This document shows positions 41,001 to 53,913 of a stretch of DNA of 64,000 nt, one piece after another. The stretch's first letter is position 1. Each line of letters begins with the position of its first letter. The notes under the pieces were generated by a model. The model was not told the origin of the DNA. It saw nothing but the letters and a program-made list of their open reading frames with translations, and searched no databases. The translations under genes and the position numbers were made by a program. Source of the stretch: the human T2T-CHM13v2.0 reference genome, Homo sapiens; assembly GCF_009914755.1 (NCBI RefSeq), contig NC_060936.1; one strand, given 5' to 3'.

Positions 41001-44000
41001 GAAGGCCTCAAAGAGGTCCAAATATCTGCTTGCCGACTTTACAGACAGAGTGTTTCCAAACTGCTCTATCAAAAGAAAGGTTAACCTCCTTGAGTTGAAC
41101 ACAAACATCACAAAGTAGTTTCTGTGAATGATTCTGTCTAGTTTTTATACGAAGATGTTTCCTTTTCTACCTTTGGTCTCAATGCGATTGAAATCTCCAC
41201 ATGGAAACTCCACAAAAAGAGTGTTTCAAATCTGCTCTTTCTGAAGGAAGGTTCAACTCTGTGAGTTGAATACACACACCACAAATAAGTTACTGAGAAT
41301 TCTTCTGTGTAACATTATATGAGGAAATCCCGTTTCCAACGAAGGCCTCAAAGAGGTCCAAATATCCACTTGCAGACTTTACAAAGACAGTGTCTCCAAA
41401 CTCCTCCATCAAAAGAAAGCTTATACTCTGTGAATTGAACGCACACATCACAAAGTAGTTTCTGAGAATGATTCTGTCTAGTTTTTATACGAAGATATTT
41501 CCTTTTCTACATTTGGCCTAAAAGCGCTTGAAATCTCCACGTGCAAATATCACAAAAAGAGGGTTTCACATCTGCTCTGTCTAAAGGACAGTTCACCTCT
41601 GTGAGTTGAATAGAGGCAACACATAGAACTTACTCAGTACTCTTCTTTCTAGCGTTATATGAAGAAATCCCGTTTCCAACGAAGGCCTCAAAGAGGTCCA
41701 AATATCTGCTTGCAGACTTTACAGACAGAGTGTTTCCAAACTACTCTATGAAAAGAAAGCTTAAACTCCTTGAGTTGAACGCACACATCACAAAGTAGTT
41801 TCTGAGAATGATTCTGTCAAGTTTTTATACAAATGTATTTCCTTTTCTATGGCCTCAAAGCAATTGAAATCTCCAACTGGAAACTGCACAAATAGGGTGT
41901 TTCAAATCTGCTCTGTCTAAAGGAAGGTTCAACTCTGTGAGTTGAATACACACACCACAAATAAGTTACTGAGAATTCTTCTGTCGAACATTACATGAAG
42001 AAATCCCGTTTCCAACGAAGGCCTCAAAGAGGTCCAAATATCCACTTGCAGACATTACAAACAGAGTGTTTCCAAACTGCTCCATCAAAAGAAAGGTTAA
42101 ACTCTGTGAGCTGAACACACACATCAAAAAGAAGTTTCTGTGAATGATTCTGTCTAGATTTTATAAGAAGATGTTTCCTTTTCTACCGTAGGCCTCAAAG
42201 CGCTTGAAATCTCCAGCTGCAAATTCCACAAAAAGGGTGTTTAACATCTGCTCTTCTAAAGGAAAGTTCAACTCTATGAGTTGAATACACACAGCACAAA
42301 GAAGTTACTGAGACTTCTCCTATCAAACATTATATGAAGAAATCCCGTTTCCAACGAAGGCCTCAAAGAGGTCCAAATATCTGCTTGCAGACTTTACAGA
42401 CAGAGTGTTTCCAAACTGCTCCATCAAAAGAAAGGTTAACCTCCTTGAGTTGAACACACACATCACAAAGTAGTTTCTGTGAATGATTCTGTCTAGTTTT
42501 TATACGAAGATTTTTCCTTTTCTACCTTTGGTCTCAATGCGATTGAAATCTCCACATGGAAACTCCACAAAAAGAGTGTTTCAAATCTGCTCTGTCTAAA
42601 GGAAGGTTCAACTCTGTGAGTTGAATACACACACCACAATTAAGTTACTGAGAATTCTTCTGTGTAACATTATATGAGGAAATCCCGTTTCCAACGAAGG
42701 CCTCAAAGAGGTCCAAATATCCACTTGCAGACTTTACAAAGACAGTGTCTCCAAACTCCTCCATCAAAAGAAAGGTTATACTCTGTGAATTGAACGCACA
42801 CATCACAAAGTAGTTTCTGAGAATGATTCTGTCTAGTTTTTATACGAAGATATTTCCTTTTCTACATTTGGCCAAAAAGCGCTTGAAATCTCCACCTGCA
42901 AATATCACAAAAAGAGGGTTTCACATCTGCTCTGTCTAAAGGACAGTTCACCTCTGTGAGTTGAATAGAGGCAACACAAAGAACTTACTCAGTATTCTTC
43001 TTTCTAGCTTTCTATGAAGAAATCCCGTTTCCAACGAAGGCCTCAAAGAGGTCCAAATATCTGCTTGCAGACGTTACAGACAGAGTGTTTCCAAACTACT
43101 CTATGAAAAGAAAGCTTAAACTCCTTAAGTTGAACGCACACATCACAAAGTAGTTTCTGAGAATGATTCTGTCTTGTTTTTATACAAATGTATTTCCGTT
43201 TCTATGATTGGCCTCAAAGCGATTGAATTCTCCAACTGGAAACTGCACAAATAGGGTGTTTCAAATCTGCTCTGTCTAAAGTAAGTTTCAACTCTGTGAG
43301 TTGAATACACACACCACAAATAAGTTACTGAGAATTCTTCTGTGTAACATTATATGAGGAAATCCCGTTTCCAACGAAGGCCTCAAAGAGGTCCATATAT
43401 CCACTTGCAGACTTTACAAAGACAGGGTCTCCAAACTCCTCCATCAAAAGAAAGGTTATACTCTGTGAATTGAACGCACACATCACAAAGTAGTTTCTGA
43501 GAATGATTCTGTCTAGTTTTTATACGAAGATATTTCCTTTTCTACATTTGGCCTATAAGCGCTTGAAATCTCCACCTGCAAATATCACAAAAAGAGGGTT
43601 TCACATCTGCTCTGTCTGAAGGACAGTTCACCTCTGTGAGTTGAATAGAGGCAACACAAAGAACTTACTCAGTATTCTTCTTTCTAGCGTTATATGAAGA
43701 AATGCCGTTTCCAACGAAGGCCTCAAAGAGGTCCAAATATCTGCTTGCAGACTTTACAGACAGAGTATTTCCAATCTACTCTATGAAAAGAAAGCTTAAA
43801 CTCCTTGAGTTGAACGCACACATCACAAAGTAGTTTCTGAGAATGATTCTGTCTTGTTTTTATACAAATGTATTTCCGTTTCTATGGCCTCAAAGCAATT
43901 GAAATCTCCAACTGGAAACTGCCCAAATAGGGTGTTTCAAATCTGCTCTGTCTAAAGGAAGGTTCAACTCTGTGAGTTGAATACACACACCACAAATAAG

Positions 44001-47000
44001 TTACTGAGAATTCTTCTGTCGAACATTACATGAAGAAATCCCGTTTCCAACGAAGGCCTCAAAGAGGTCCAAATATCCACTTGCAGACATTACAAACAGA
44101 GTGTTTCCAAACTGCTCCATCAAAAGAAAGGTTAAACTATGTGAGCTGAACACACACATCAAAAAGAAGTTTCTGTGAATGATTCTGTCTAGATTTTATA
44201 AGAAGATGTTTCCTTTTCTACCGTAGGCCTCAAAGCGCTTGAAATCTCCAGCTGCAAATTCCACAAAAAGGGTGTTTAACATCTGCTCTTCTAAAGGAAA
44301 GTTCAACTCTATGAGTTGAATACACACAGCACAAAGAAGTTACTGAGACTTCTCCTATCAAACATTATATGAAGCAATCCCGTTTCCAACGAAGGCCTCA
44401 AAGAGGTCCAAATATCTGCTTGCAGACTTTACAGACAGAGTGTTTCCCAACTGCTCCATCAAAAGAAAGGTTAACCTCCTTGAGTTGAACACACACATCA
44501 CAAAGTAGTTTCTGTGAATGATTCTGTCTAGTTTTTATACGAAGATGTTTCCTTTTCTACCTTTGGCCTAAAAGCGCTTGAAATCTCCACCTGCAAATAT
44601 CACAAAAAGAGGGTTTCACATCTGCTCTGTCTAAAGGACAGTTCACCTCTGTGAGTTGAATAGAGACAACACAAAGAACTTACTCAGTATTCTTCTTTCT
44701 AGCGTTCTATGAAGAAATCCCGTTTCCAACGAAGGCCTCAAAGAGGTCTATATATCTGCTTGCAGACTTTACAGACAGAGTGTTTCCAAACTACTCTATG
44801 AAAAGAAAGCTTAAACTCCTTGAGTTAAACGCACACATCACAAAGTAGTTTCTGAGAATGATTCTGTCTAGTTTTTATACGAAGATGTTTCCTTTTCTAC
44901 ATTTGGTCTCAAAGCGATTGAAATCTCCAACTGGAAACTGCACAAATAGGGTGTTTCAAATCTGCTCTGTCTAAAGGAAGGTTCAACTCTGTGAGTTGAA
45001 TACACACACCACAAATAAGTTACTGAGAATTCTTCTGTCGAACATTACATGAAGAAATCCCGTTTCCAACGAAGGCCTCAAAGAGGTCCAAATATCCACT
45101 TGCAGACATTACAAACAGAGTGTTTCCAAACTGCTCAATCAAAAGAAAGTTTAAACTCTGTGAGCTGAACACACACATCAAAAAGAAGTTTCTGTGAATG
45201 ATTCTGTCTAGATTTTATAAGAAGATGTTTCCTTTTCTACCGTAGGCCTCAAAGCGCTTGAAATCTCCAGCTGCAAATTCCACAAAAAGGGTGTTTAACA
45301 TCTGCTCTTCTAAAGAAAAGTTCAACTCTATGAGTTGAATACACACAGCACAAAGAAGTTACTGAGACTTCTCCTATCAAACATTATATGAAGAAATCCC
45401 GTTTCCAACGAAGGCCTCAAAGAGGTCCAAATATCTGCTTGCCGACTTTACAGACAGAGTGTTTCCAAACTGCTCTATCAACAGAAAGGTTAACCTCCTT
45501 GAGTTGAACACACACATCACAAAGTAGTTTCTGTGAATGATTCTGTCTAGTTTTTATACGAAGATGTTTCCTTTTCTACCTTTGGTCTCAATGCGATTGA
45601 AATCTCCACATGGAAACTCCACAAAAAGAGTGTTTCAAATCTGCTCTTTCTGAAGGAAGGTTCAACTCTGTGAGTTGAATACACACACCACAAATAAGTT
45701 ACTGAGAATTCTTCTGTGTAACATTATATGAGGAAATCCCGTTTCCAACGAAGGCCTCAAAGAGGTCCAAATATCCACTTGCAGACTTTACAAAGACAGT
45801 GTCTCCAAACTCCTCCATCAAAAGAAAGGTTATACTCTGTGAATTGAACGCACACATCACAAAGTAGTTTCTGAGAATGATTCTGTCTAGTTTTTATACG
45901 AAGATATTTCCTTTTCTACATTTGGCCTAAAAGCGCTTGAAATCTCCACGTGCAAATATCACAAAAAGAGGGTTTCACATCTGCTCTGTCTAAAGGACAG
46001 TTCACCTCTGTGAGTTGAATAGAGGCAACACATAGAACTTACTCAGTATTCTTCTTTCTAGCGTTATATGAAGAAATCCCGTTTCCAACGAAGGCCTCAA
46101 AGAGGTCCAAATATCTGCTTGCAGACTTTACAGACAGAGTGTTTCCAAACTACTCTATGAAAAGAAAGCTTAAACTCCTTCAGTTGAACGCACACATCAC
46201 AAAGTAGTTTCTGAGAATGATTCTGTCAAGTTTTTATACAAATGTATTTCCTTTTCTATGGCCTCAAAGCAATTGAAATCTCCAACTGGAAACTGCACAA
46301 ATAGGGTGTTTCAAATCTGCTCTGTCTAAAGGAAGGTTCAACTCTGTGAGTTGAATACACACACCACAAATAAGTTACTGAGAATTCTTCTGTCGAACAT
46401 TACAGGAAGAAATCCCGTTTCCAACGAAGGCCTCAAAGAGGTCCAAATATCCACTTGCAGACATTACAAACAGAGTGTTTCCAAACTGCTCCATCAAAAG
46501 AAAGGTTAAACTCTGTGAGCTGAACACACACATCAAAAAGAAGTTTCTGTGAATGATTCTGTCTAGATTTTATAAGAAGATGTTTCCTTTTCTACCGTAG
46601 GCCTCAAAGCGCTTGAAATCTCCAGCTGCAAATTCCACAAAAAGGGTGTTTAACATCTGCTCTTCTAAAGGAAAGTTCAACTCTATGAGTTGAATACACA
46701 CAGCACAAAGAAGTTACTGAGACTTCTCCTATCAAACATTAAATGAAGCAATCCCGTTTCCAACGAAGGCCTCAAAGAGGTCCAAATATCTGCTTGCAGA
46801 CTTTACAGACAGAGTGTTTCCAAACTGCTCCATCAAAAGAAAGGTTAACCTCCTTGAGTTGAACACACACATCACAAAGTAGTTTCTGAGAATGATTCTG
46901 TCTAGTTTTTATACGAAGATGTTTCCTTTTCTACCTTTGGTCTCAAAGCGATTGAAATCTCCACATGGAAACTCCACAAAAAGAGTGTTTCAAATCTGCT

Positions 47001-50000
47001 CTGTCTAAAGGAAGGTTCAACTCTGTGAGTTGAATAGAGACAACACAAAGAACTTACTCAGTATTCTTCTTTCTAGCGTTCTATGAAGAAATCCCGTTTC
47101 CAACGAAGGCCTCAAAGAGGTCTATATATCTGCTTGCAGACTTTACAGACAGAGTGTTTCCAAACTACTCTATGAAAAGAAAGCTTAAACTCCTTGAGTT
47201 AAACGCACACATCACAAAGTAGTTTCTGAGAATGATTCTGTCTAGTTTTTATACGAAGATGTTTCCTTTTCTACATTTGGTCTCAAAGCGATTGAAATCT
47301 CCAACTGGAAACTGCACAAATAGGGTGTTTCAAATCTGCTCTGTCTAAAGGAAGGTTCAACTCTGTGAGTTGAATACACACACCACAAATAAGTTACTGA
47401 GAATTCTTCTGTCGAACATTACATGAAGAAATCCCGTTTCCAACGAAGGCCTCAAAGAGGTCCAAATATCCACTTGCAGACATTACAAACAGAGTGTTTC
47501 CAAACTGCTCAATCAAAAGAAAGTTTAAACTCTGTGAGCTGAACACACACATCAAAAAGAAGTTTCTGTGAATGATTCTGTCTAGATTTTATAAGAAGAT
47601 GTTTCCTTTTCTACCGTAGGCCTCAAAGCGCTTGAAATCTCCAGCTGCAAATTCCACAAAAAGGGTGTTTAACATCTGCTCTTCTAAAGAAAAGTTCAAC
47701 TGTATGAGTTGAATACACACAGCACAAAGAAGTTACTGAGACTTCTCCTATCAAACATTATATGAAGAAATCCCGTTTCCAACGAAGGCCTCAAAGAGGT
47801 CCAAATATCTGCTTGCCGACTTTACAGACAGAGTGTTTCCAAACTGCTCTATCAACAGAAAGGTTAACCTCCTTGAGTTGAACACACACATCACAAAGTA
47901 GTTTCTGTGAATGATTCTGTCTAGTTTTTATACGAAGATGTTTCCTTTTCTACCTTTGGTCTCAATGCGATTGAAATCTCCACATGGAAACTCCACAAAA
48001 AGAGTGTTTCAAATCTGCTCTTTCTGAAGGAAGGTTCAACTCTGTGAGTTGAATACACACACCACAAATAAGTTACTGAGAATTCTTCTGTGTAACATTA
48101 TATGAGGAAATCCCGTTTCCAACGAAGGCCTCAAAGAGGTCCAAATATCCACTTGCAGACTTTACAAAGACAGTGTCTCCAAACTCCTCCATCAAAAGAA
48201 AGGTTATACTCTGTGAATTGAACGCACACATCACAAAGTAGTTTCTGAGAATGATTCTGTCTAGTTTTTATACGAAGATATTTCCTTTTCTACATTTGGC
48301 CTAAAAGCGCTTGAAATCTCCACGTGCAAATATCACAAAAAGAGGGTTTCACATCTGCTCTGTCTAAAGGACAGTTCACCTCTGTGAGTTGAATAGAGGC
48401 AACACATAGAACTTACTCAGTATTCTTCTTTCTAGCGTTATATGAAGAAATCCCGTTTCCAACGAAGGCCTCAAAGAGGTCCAAATATCTGCTTGCAGAC
48501 TTTACAGACAGAGTGTTTCCAAACTACTCTATGAAAAGAAAGCTTAAACTCCTTCAGTTGAACGCACACATCACAAAGTAGTTTCTGAGAATGATTCTGT
48601 CAAGTTTTTATACAAATGTATTTCCTTTTCTATGGCCTCAAAGCAATTGAAATCTCCAACTGGAAACTGCACAAATAGGGTGTTTCAAATCTGCTCTGTC
48701 TAAAGGAAGGTTCAACTCTGTGAGTTGAATACACACACCACAAATAAGTTACTGAGAATTCTTCTGTCGAACATTACAGGAAGAAATCCCGTTTCCAACG
48801 AAGGCCTCAAAGAGGTCCAAATATCCACTTGCAGACATTACAAACAGAGTGTTTCCAAACTGCTCCATCAAAAGAAAGGTTAAACTCTGTGAGCTGAACA
48901 CACACATCAAAAAGAAGTTTCTGTGAATGATTCTGTCTAGATTTTATAAGAAGATGTTTCCTTTTCTACCGTAGGCCTCAAAGCGCTTGAAATCTCCAGC
49001 TGCAAATTCCACAAAAAGGGTGTTTAACATCTGCTCTTCTAAAGGAAAGTTCAACTCTATGAGTTGAATACACACAGCACAAAGAAGTTACTGAGACTTC
49101 TCCTATCAAACATTAAATGAAGCAATCCCGTTTCCAACGAAGGCCTCAAAGAGGTCCAAATATCTGCTTGCAGACTTTACAGACAGAGTGTTTCCAAACT
49201 GCTCCATCAAAAGAAAGGTTAACCTCCTTGAGTTGAACACACACATCACAAAGTAGTTTCTGAGAATGATTCTGTCTAGTTTTTATACGAAGATGTTTCC
49301 TTTTCTACCTTTGGTCTCAAAGCGATTGAAATCTCCACATGGAAACTCCACAAAAAGAGTGTTTCAAATCTGCTCTGTCTAAAGGAAGGTTCAACTCTGT
49401 GAGTTGAATACACACACCACAAATAAGTTACTGAGAATTCTTCTGTGTAACATTATATGAGGAAATCCCGTTTCCAACGAAGGCCTCAAAGAGGTCCAAA
49501 TATCCACTTGCAGACTTTACAAAGACAGTGTCTCCAAACTCCTTCATCTAAAGAAAGGTTATACTCTGTGAATTGAACGCACACATCACAAAGTAGTTTC
49601 TGAGAATGATTCTGTCTAGTTTTTATACAAAGATATTTCCTTTTCTACATTTGGCCTAAAAGCGCTTGAAATCTCTACCTGCAAATATCACAAAAAGAGG
49701 GTTTCACATCTGCTCTGTCTAAAGGACAGTTCACCTCTGTGAGTTGAATAGAGGCAACACAAAGAACTTACTCAGTATTCTTCTTTCTAGCGTTCTATGA
49801 AGAAATCCCGTTTCCAACGAAAGCCTCAAAGAGGTCCAAACATCTGCTTGCAGACTTTACAGACAGAGTGTTTCCAAACTACTCTATGAAAAAGAAAGCT
49901 TAAACTCCTTGAGTTGAACGCACACATCACAAAGTAGTTTCTGAGAATGATTCTGTCTAGTTTTTATACGAAGATGTTTCCATTTCTACATTTGGTCTCA

Positions 50001-53000
50001 AAGCAATTGAAATCTCCAACTGGAAACTGCACAAATAGGGTGTTTCAAATCTGCTCTGTCTAAAGGAAGGTTCAACTCTGTGATTTGAATACACACACCA
50101 CAAATGAGTTACTGAGAATTCTTCTGTCGAACATTACTTGAAGAAATCCCGTTTCCAACGAAGGCCTCAAACAGGTCCAAATATCCACTTGCAGACATTA
50201 CAAACAGTGTGTTTCCAAACTGCTCCATCAAAAGAAAGGTTAAACTCTGTGAGCTGAACACACACAACAAAAAGAAGTTTCTGTGAATGATTCTGTCTAG
50301 ATTTAAAAAGAAGATGTTTCCTTTTCTACCGTAGGCCTCAAAGCGCTTGAAATCTCCAGCTGCAAATTCCAGAAAAAGGGTGTTTAACATCTGCTCTTCT
50401 AAAGGAAAGTTCAACTCTATGAGTTGAATACACAAAGCACAAAGAAGTTACTGAGACTTCTCCTATCAAACATTATATGAAGAAATCCCGTTTCCAACGA
50501 AGGCCTCAAAGAGGTCCAAATATCTGCTTGCAGACTTTACAGACAGAGTTTTTCCAAACTGCTCCATCAAAACAAAGGTTAAACTCCTTGAGTTGAACAC
50601 ACACATCACAAAGTAGTTTCTGTGAATGATTCTGTCTAGTTTTTATACGAAGATGTTTCCTTTTCTACCTTTGGTCTCAAAGCGATTGAAATCTCCACAT
50701 GGAAACTCCACAAAAAGAGTGTTTCAAATCTGCTCTGTCTAAAGGAAGGTTCAACTCTGTGAGTTGAATACACACACCACAAATAAGTTACTGAGAATTC
50801 TTCTGTGTAACACTATATGAGGAAATCCCGTTTCCAACGAAGGCCTCACAGAGGTCCAAATATCCACTTGCAGACTTTACAAAGACAGTGTCTCCAAACT
50901 CCTCCATCAAAAGAAAGGTTATACTCTGTGAATTGAACGCACACATCACAAAGTAGTTTCTGAGAATGATTCTGTCTAGTTTTTATACGAAGATATTTCC
51001 TTTTCTACATTTGGCCTAAAAGCGCTTGAAATCTCCACCTGCAAATATCACAAAAAGAGGGTTTCACATCTGCTCTGTCAAAAGGACAGTTCACCTCTGT
51101 GAGTTGAATACACACACCACAAAGAAGTTACTGAGAATTCTTCTGTGTAACATTATATGAGGAAATCCCGTTTCCAACGAAGGCCTCAAAGAGGTCCAAA
51201 TATCCACTTGCAGACTTTACAAAGACAGTGTCTCCAAACTCCTTCATCTAAAGAAAGGTTATACTCTGTGAATTGAACGCACACATCACAAAGTAGTTTC
51301 TGAGAATGATTCTGTCTAGTTTTTATACAAAGATATTTCCTTTTCTACATTTGGCCTAAAAGCGCTTGAAATCTCCACCTGCAAATATCACAAAAAGAGG
51401 GTTTCACATCTGCTCTGTCTAAAGGACAGTTCACCTCTGTGAGTTGAATAGAGGCAACACAAAGAACTTACTCAGTATTCTTCTTTCTAGCGTTCTATGA
51501 AGAAATCCCGTTTCCAACGAAAGCCTCAAAGAGGTCCAAATATCTGCTTGCAGACTTTACAGACAGAGTGTTTCCAAACTACTCTATGAAAAGAAAGCTT
51601 AAACTCCTTGAGTTGAACGCACACATCACAAAGTAGTTTCTGAGAATGATTCTGTCTAGTTTTTATACGAAGATGTTTCCTTTTCTACATTTGGTCTCAA
51701 AGCGATTGAAATCTCCAACTGGAAACTGCACAAATAGGGTGTTTCAAATCTGCTCTTTCTAAAGGAAGGTTCAACTCTGTGAGTTGAATACACACACCAC
51801 AAATAAGTTACTGAGAATTCTTCTGTCGAACATTACATGAAGAAATCCCGTTTCCAACGAAGGCCTCAAACAGGTCCAAATATCCACTTGCAGACTTTAC
51901 AAACAGTGTGTTTCCAAACTGCTCCATCAAAAGAAAGGTTAAACTCTGTGAGCTGAACACACACATCAAAAAGAAGTTTCTGTGAATGATTCTGTCTAGA
52001 TTTTATAAGAAGATGTTTCCTTTTCTACCGTAGGCCTCAAAGCGCTTGAAATCTATAGCTGCAAATTCCACAAAAAGGGTGTTTAACATCTGCTCTTCTA
52101 AAGGAAAGTTCAACTCTATGAGTTGAATACACACAGCACAAAGAAGTTACTGAGACTTCTCCTATCAATCATTATATGAAGAAATCCCGTTTCCAACGAA
52201 GGCCTCAAAGAGGTCCAAATATCTGCTTGCAGACTTTACAGACAGAGTTTTTCCAAACTGCTGCATCAAAAGAAAGGTTAAACTCCTTGAGTTGAACGCA
52301 CACATCACAAACTAGTTTCTGAGAATGATTCTGTCTAGTTTTTATACGAAGATGTTTCCTTTTCTACATTTGGTCTCAAAGCGATTGAAGTCTCCAACTG
52401 GAAAATTCACAAATAGGGTGTTTCAAATCTGCTCTGTCTAAAGGAAGGTTCAACTCTGTGAGTTGAATGCACACACCACAAATAAGTTACTGAGAATTCT
52501 TCTGTCGAACATTACATGAAGAAATCCCGTTTCCAACGAAGGCCTCAAAGAGGTCCAAATATCCACTTGCAGACATTACAAACAGTGTGTTTCCAAACTG
52601 CTCCATCAAAAGAAAGGTTAAACTCTGTGAGCTGAACACACACATCAAAAAGAAGTTTCTGTGAATGATTCTGTCTAGATTTTATAAGAAGATGTTTCCT
52701 TTTCTACCGTAGGCCTCAAAGCGCTTGAAATCTCCAGCTGCAAATTCCACAAAAAGGGTGTTTAACATCTGCTCTTCTAAAGGAAAGTTCAACTCTATGA
52801 GTTGAATACACACAGCACAAAGACGTTACTGAGATTTCTCCTCTCAAACATTATATGAAGAAATCCCGTTTCCAACGAAGGCCTCAAAGAGGTCCAAATA
52901 TCTGCTTGCAGACTTTACAGACAGAGTTTTTCCACACTGCTCCATCAAAAGAAAGGTTAAACTCCTTGAGTTGAACACACACATCACAAAGTAGTTTCTG

Positions 53001-53913
53001 TGAATGATTCTGTCTAGTTTTTATACGAAGATGTTTCCTTTTCTACCTTTGGTCTCAAAGCGATTGAAATCTCCACATGGAAACTACACAAAAAGAGTGT
53101 TTCAAATCTACTCTTTCTGAAGGAAGGTTCAACTCTGTGAGTTGAATATACACACCACAAATAAGTTACTGAGAATTCTTCTGTGTAACATTATATGAGG
53201 AAATCCCGTTTCCAACGAAGGCCACAAAGAGGTCCAAATATCCACTTGCAGACTTTTCAAAGACAGTGTCTGCAAACTCCTCCATCAAAAGAAAGGTTAT
53301 ACTCTGTGAATTGAACGCACACATCACAAAGTAGTTTCTGAGAATGATTCTGACTAGTTTTTTTAAGAAGATATTTCCTTTTCTACATTTGGCCTCAAAG
53401 CGCTTGAAATCTCCACCTGCAAATATCACAAAATAGGGTTTCACATCTGCTCTGTCTAAAGCACAGTTCACCTCTGTGAGTTGAATAGAGGCAACACAAA
53501 GAACTTACTCAGTATTCTTCTTTCTAGCGTTATATGAAGAAATCCCATTTCCAACGAAGGCCTCAAAGAGGTCCAAATATCTTCTTGCAGACTTTACAGA
53601 CAGAGTGTTTCCAAACTACTCTATGAAAAGAAAGCTTAAACTCCTTGAGTTGAACGCACACATCACCAACTAGTTTCTGAGAATGATTCTGTCTTGTTTT
53701 TATACATAGTTATTTCCGTTTCTATGATTGGCCTCAAAGCGATTGAAATCTCCAACTGGAAACTGCACAAATAGGGTGTTTCAAATCTGCTCTGTCTAAA
53801 GGAAGGTTCAACTCTGTGAGTTGAATACACACACCACAAATAAGTTACTGAGAATTCTTCTGTCGAACATTACATGAAGAAATCCCGTTTCCAACGAAGG
53901 CCTCAAAGAGGTC
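23041..53913 (-). repeat. Central domain of mostly 8-mer HORs of a distinct haplotype family, with local duplications and 4/6/10/12-mer variants
   Basis: Most D dimers carry GTCTTGTTTTTATACAAA(GT/TG)TATTTC..TTTCTATG instead of GTCTAGTTTTTATACGAAGATGTTTCCTTTTCTACATT. There is no A-A duplication and no ACAG-type 4-bp deletion in this interval. Confidence 0.85.

Noticed and set aside
50109-50435. Longest ORF (108 aa), and the 101-aa ORF at 53166-53471
   Set aside because: Both lie in the more diverged satellite copies where stop codons were lost by chance (e.g. TTTAAAAAG, TTTTAAGAAG). There is no evidence of coding function.
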